NCBI RefSeq assembly: GCF_006345805.1
Contig: NC_043004.1
Location: 62,001-126,000 of the forward strand
Reading direction: 5' to 3'
DNA length: 64,000 nucleotides
Source of the DNA: Octopus sinensis
Lineage: Eukaryota
Made by a program: the position numbers and the translations under genes. Below, piece after piece: positions 60,691 to 64,000 of this stretch. The notes under the pieces are model-generated. The model was not told the origin of the DNA. It worked only from the letters and a program-made list of their open reading frames with translations, and ran no database searches. Every line of letters begins with the position of its first letter. The first letter of the stretch is position 1.

Positions 60691-62111
60691 TTATATTTAT
60701 ATATATAACGGGCCTCTTTCAGTTTCCGACAACGTATTCTTCTCAAGCCTTTGGTCGGCGCGAGGTTTCCGTAGAAGACACTTGCTGAAGGTGCCATGCA
60801 GTGGGACTGAACCGAAAATCATGTGGTTGAAGAACGTCATACACAGCCACGAAATAAATAACAGTATTATTTTACAGAAAACATAGGAAAACCTCGAACG
60901 CAGAATAGCTGCAGCAAAAGGTAAGAAGATCTAGTTAAAACCCTTAGAAGACGGTAAAAAATGGTCGAAAAGATGTTATAGGGAATCAAATTTTGTCCCA
61001 GATTCGAACTCAGCCCCAAAATCCAAATTTCAACAAAATCCATATTTCTTCATTCGGCCATCTTTTAAAATCACGCAAGAGAATAATTATATATTTGATA
61101 GTAAATTATGCATCATAGCGTTCACATGATAACCTATATACCAGTGAAATATAATTTCATACACCCATCATACGATAAAATAAATTACTCAACAGCTAAA
61201 CATTGCAAGTATTTTCTTCCTTTTTAAATTCATGTTTAACGAAGTCCACTTAGGGAGTGGAATGTTGACAGGGTAGATTTTCTTCTCCGCAGTCAACCAG
61301 CGGCAACCAGCCAACTAGCCAGCCAACCAGCCAGCCAGCCGGCCAACTAACCAACCAGTCAGTCGAGATTTTCCGTTGATTAAAACCGATCAAAGAAAAA
61401 CAATTAGTTCGCATCGTTAAAACTGATACGTCGCAATAGTGCTTTTCAAGTATCTTGTACTTTTGACAGTGAACAACGTTTAGTTTATTATAGCTTCCAC
61501 CACCACCACCACCACCTCCTCTACCATTACCATACGCCTGGGCTTTCTCGCAGCTTGAAGTCGCTGTTTGCGGATCAAGGAGATGGTTTTCTGATTGTAA
61601 TTCAATGAGCGATATTTTAAAGAGCATTACGCGTTCATCGCTACTTAACAGACAGAAAGACTATAACCGTTATAACGAAGCAGCGGTCAATTTAAGCCAG
61701 AAACAAGCAAACTTCACAGATGGAGGTTGTTATTCATTAAATTTAACAAGGATTAGATTTACAAAACCGAGATCGGTAACTTTAGACCGACACTTAACAA
61801 ACAGTTTCACATGAAAGACAAATCATCCTACTTTAAAGATAACTAATGTGCTAATAATTAATTACACATGGACTTTTTTTATTGTATATTTTACGATGGT
61901 TTCTTTGGGTGAAACATCATCGAGAAATGTTGATCCATCTATCATGACAAACTTAAGATGGTTTCAATTATAATGAAACTTAGGAAAGACAAAAAAGAAA
62001 AGAAAGCAAAAAAGCATAATTAAAAATGAGTTAATTCTTTGAGTATTAATACTTTCAGTCGTATGACTGTGGCCACACTGGAGCACTTGTAGCAGCCGAT
62101 CTTCCTTGAAT

Positions 62112-62275
62112 GCGCAGGAGTGGCTGTGTGGTAAGTAGCTTGCTTACCAACCACATGGTTCCGGGTTCATTCCCACTCCGTGGCAACTTGGGCAAGTGTC
62201 TTCTACTATAGCCTCGGGCCGACCAAAGCCTTGTGAGTGAATTTGGTAGACGGAAACTGAAAGAAGCCCGTCGTA

Positions 62276-62317
<42 letters not shown>

Positions 62318-62540
62318 ATATATACATGTGTGTGTATATGTTTGTCACGACAACATCGCTTGACAACCGATGCTGGTGTGTTTGCGTCCCCGTAACTTAG
62401 CGGTTCGGCAAAAGAGACCGATAGAATAAGTACTAGGCTTACAAAGAATAAGTCCTGGGGTCGATTTGCTCGACTAAAGGCGGTGCCCAGCATGGCCGCA
62501 GTCAAATGACTGAAACAAGTAAAAGAGAAAAGAGAAAAAG
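62112..62540 (+). mobile_element. SINE family A
   Basis: Near-consensus full copy. Confidence 0.92.
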
Positions 62541-62747
62541 AGAATGGTTGACTGGTTCGATATCGTCGTTCGGTATTTACTAAGGGTCCCTTTATATTTT
62601 TCATTCCTTAAGACATGCAATTGGATAGTTGAGGACCTCTAAATATCAGGCTGGTAGGATCTTTTCTCTTTGGCAACCAATTTTCAATCTCATCAATTCT
62701 TGCTCGAAATGATTTCATATTCTGTGTAATGATATGGTTTTATATGC

Positions 62748-63165
62748 TCTTTTACCCTTTACTCTTTTACTTGTTTCAGTCATTTGACTGTGGCCATGCT
62801 GGAGCACCGCCTCTAGTCGAGCAAATCGACCCCAGGACTTATTCTTTGTAAGCCTAGTTCTTATTCTATCGGTCTCTTTTTGGCCGAACCGCTAGATTAC
62901 GGGGACGTAAACACACCAGCATTGGTTGTCAAGCGATATTGGAGGAGACAAACACAGACACACAAACATATACACACACATACATATACACATACATATA
63001 TACGACGGGCTTCTTTCAGTTTCTGTCTACCAAATTCACTCACAAGGCTTTGGTCGGCCCGAGGTTATAGTAGAAGACACTTGCCCAATGTGCCATGCAG
63101 TGGGACTGAACCCGGAACCATGTAGTTCGTAAGCAAGCTACTTACCACACAGCCACTCCTACGCC
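62748..63165 (-). mobile_element. SINE family A
   Basis: Near-consensus full copy, tail-to-tail with 62112-62540. Confidence 0.92.
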
Positions 63166-63194
63166 TATATACACACACACACACACAACACACA

Positions 63195-63234
<40 letters not shown>

Positions 63235-63289
63235 CTATATATATATAATATGTGTATGTATATGTATATATATATATATTATATATATA

Positions 63290-64000
63290 TGTTAATAAAA
63301 TAGAACATATGCATATATATAAACATATATGTACGTACCTACCTCTACATGTACATATACACGCATATATGTGTACAGGACACCAAAAAGACGTCGAACA
63401 CATAGAGAGACGAAAAACATAGACACAAACCAAGGAACAGGACAAGCAAAAAAGAAAAAAAGAGATACAGGACAATAACACAACGAAAAACCCCTTCTTC
63501 AGTCGCTAAGGTTTCATCTACTCTACGTTTCGAATGATAAAAGCGAGACGTATACTTCTGAAGAAACTTCCTTCCTGCGAAAAGCAAATCAATTAAAATT
63601 CTGAGATCTTTTCGCAGAGGGGTAAAAAATGGTAAAAAAAAAAAAGACGGTAACGACAGTACAAACATATAAACAGTAAAAAAAAATTATATATAAACAG
63701 TTGAAAAATAAATATATAACAGTGAGAGACAGGACAAGGAGAACAAGATAGAAGGGCTGTTTACGCCAGACGAAAAAAGTAATGCAAAAGCTGGATTATA
63801 GTGGACGACGAGAGAGAAAGAATGTCGACCAGTGGCCTTAGAAGGCGGGCGAGAAAAGACAGGATAGCAGTTACGACGGAAGTATCGTCGCAGATGGACG
63901 ACGGAATGGGGGAGGAGGAGCAAGAGGAAGAGAGAGAAGAAGGGGAATGGTGCGAGGAGACCATGAAGAATGGTGAGGGGGAGAGAGAGATGAAGAATGA
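63290..64000 (-). mobile_element. Penelope-like element fragment (family F)
   Basis: Homologous to 15870-16320. Upstream minus frame HLRRYFRRNCYP...SFSLVVHYNPAF resembles the PLE RT thumb/linker (GYP...PLVxxYHP). Confidence 0.5.

Noticed and set aside
59878-61090. DNA-transposon-like subterminal sequences (59878-60230, 60950-61090)
   Set aside because: No matching TIR pair or TSD could be identified.
61250-61627. 125-aa minus ORF with poly-Gly (alternative frame KTISLIRKQRLQAARKPRR)
   Set aside because: The Gly run is a (GGT)n repeat, the acceptor is weak, and no family was recognised. It cannot be supported without RNA data.

Overview
AT-rich, microsatellite- and SINE-dense eukaryotic DNA. 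The repeat landscape resembles a coleoid cephalopod (Octopus-like); this is an inference and cannot be proven from the window. One host gene is recognisable: a vestigial-like (Vg/VGLL, TEAD co-factor) gene on the minus strand, with two frame-compatible coding exons (11832-11909, 9896-10382). Its further 3' exons were not found and probably lie left of the window. Almost everything else is repeat-derived: several tRNA-headed SINE families; a stack of four R4/Dong-type RLE non-LTR retrotransposon remnants plus a ~550-bp non-coding element in one (AAT)n tract (40.6-44.7 kb); a Chapaev3-like and a Tc1 transposase pseudogene; a chain of non-autonomous Helitrons; hAT and Tc1 MITEs; Penelope-like fragments with hammerhead-ribozyme-like motifs; and a CR1-like 3' end. 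The most unusual signals are (i) separate element families that each sit in a different microsatellite class ((AAT)n, (TA)n, (TACA)n), (ii) SINE multimers all joined at one fixed nucleotide in the tRNA-like loop, and (iii) minimal hammerhead motifs, one of them downstream of a tRNA-like Pol III head. No CRISPR array, rRNA or genuine tRNA gene is supported. Most ORFs in the supplied track are microsatellite or SINE translation artefacts. SINE boundaries are approximate unless a TSD is quoted.
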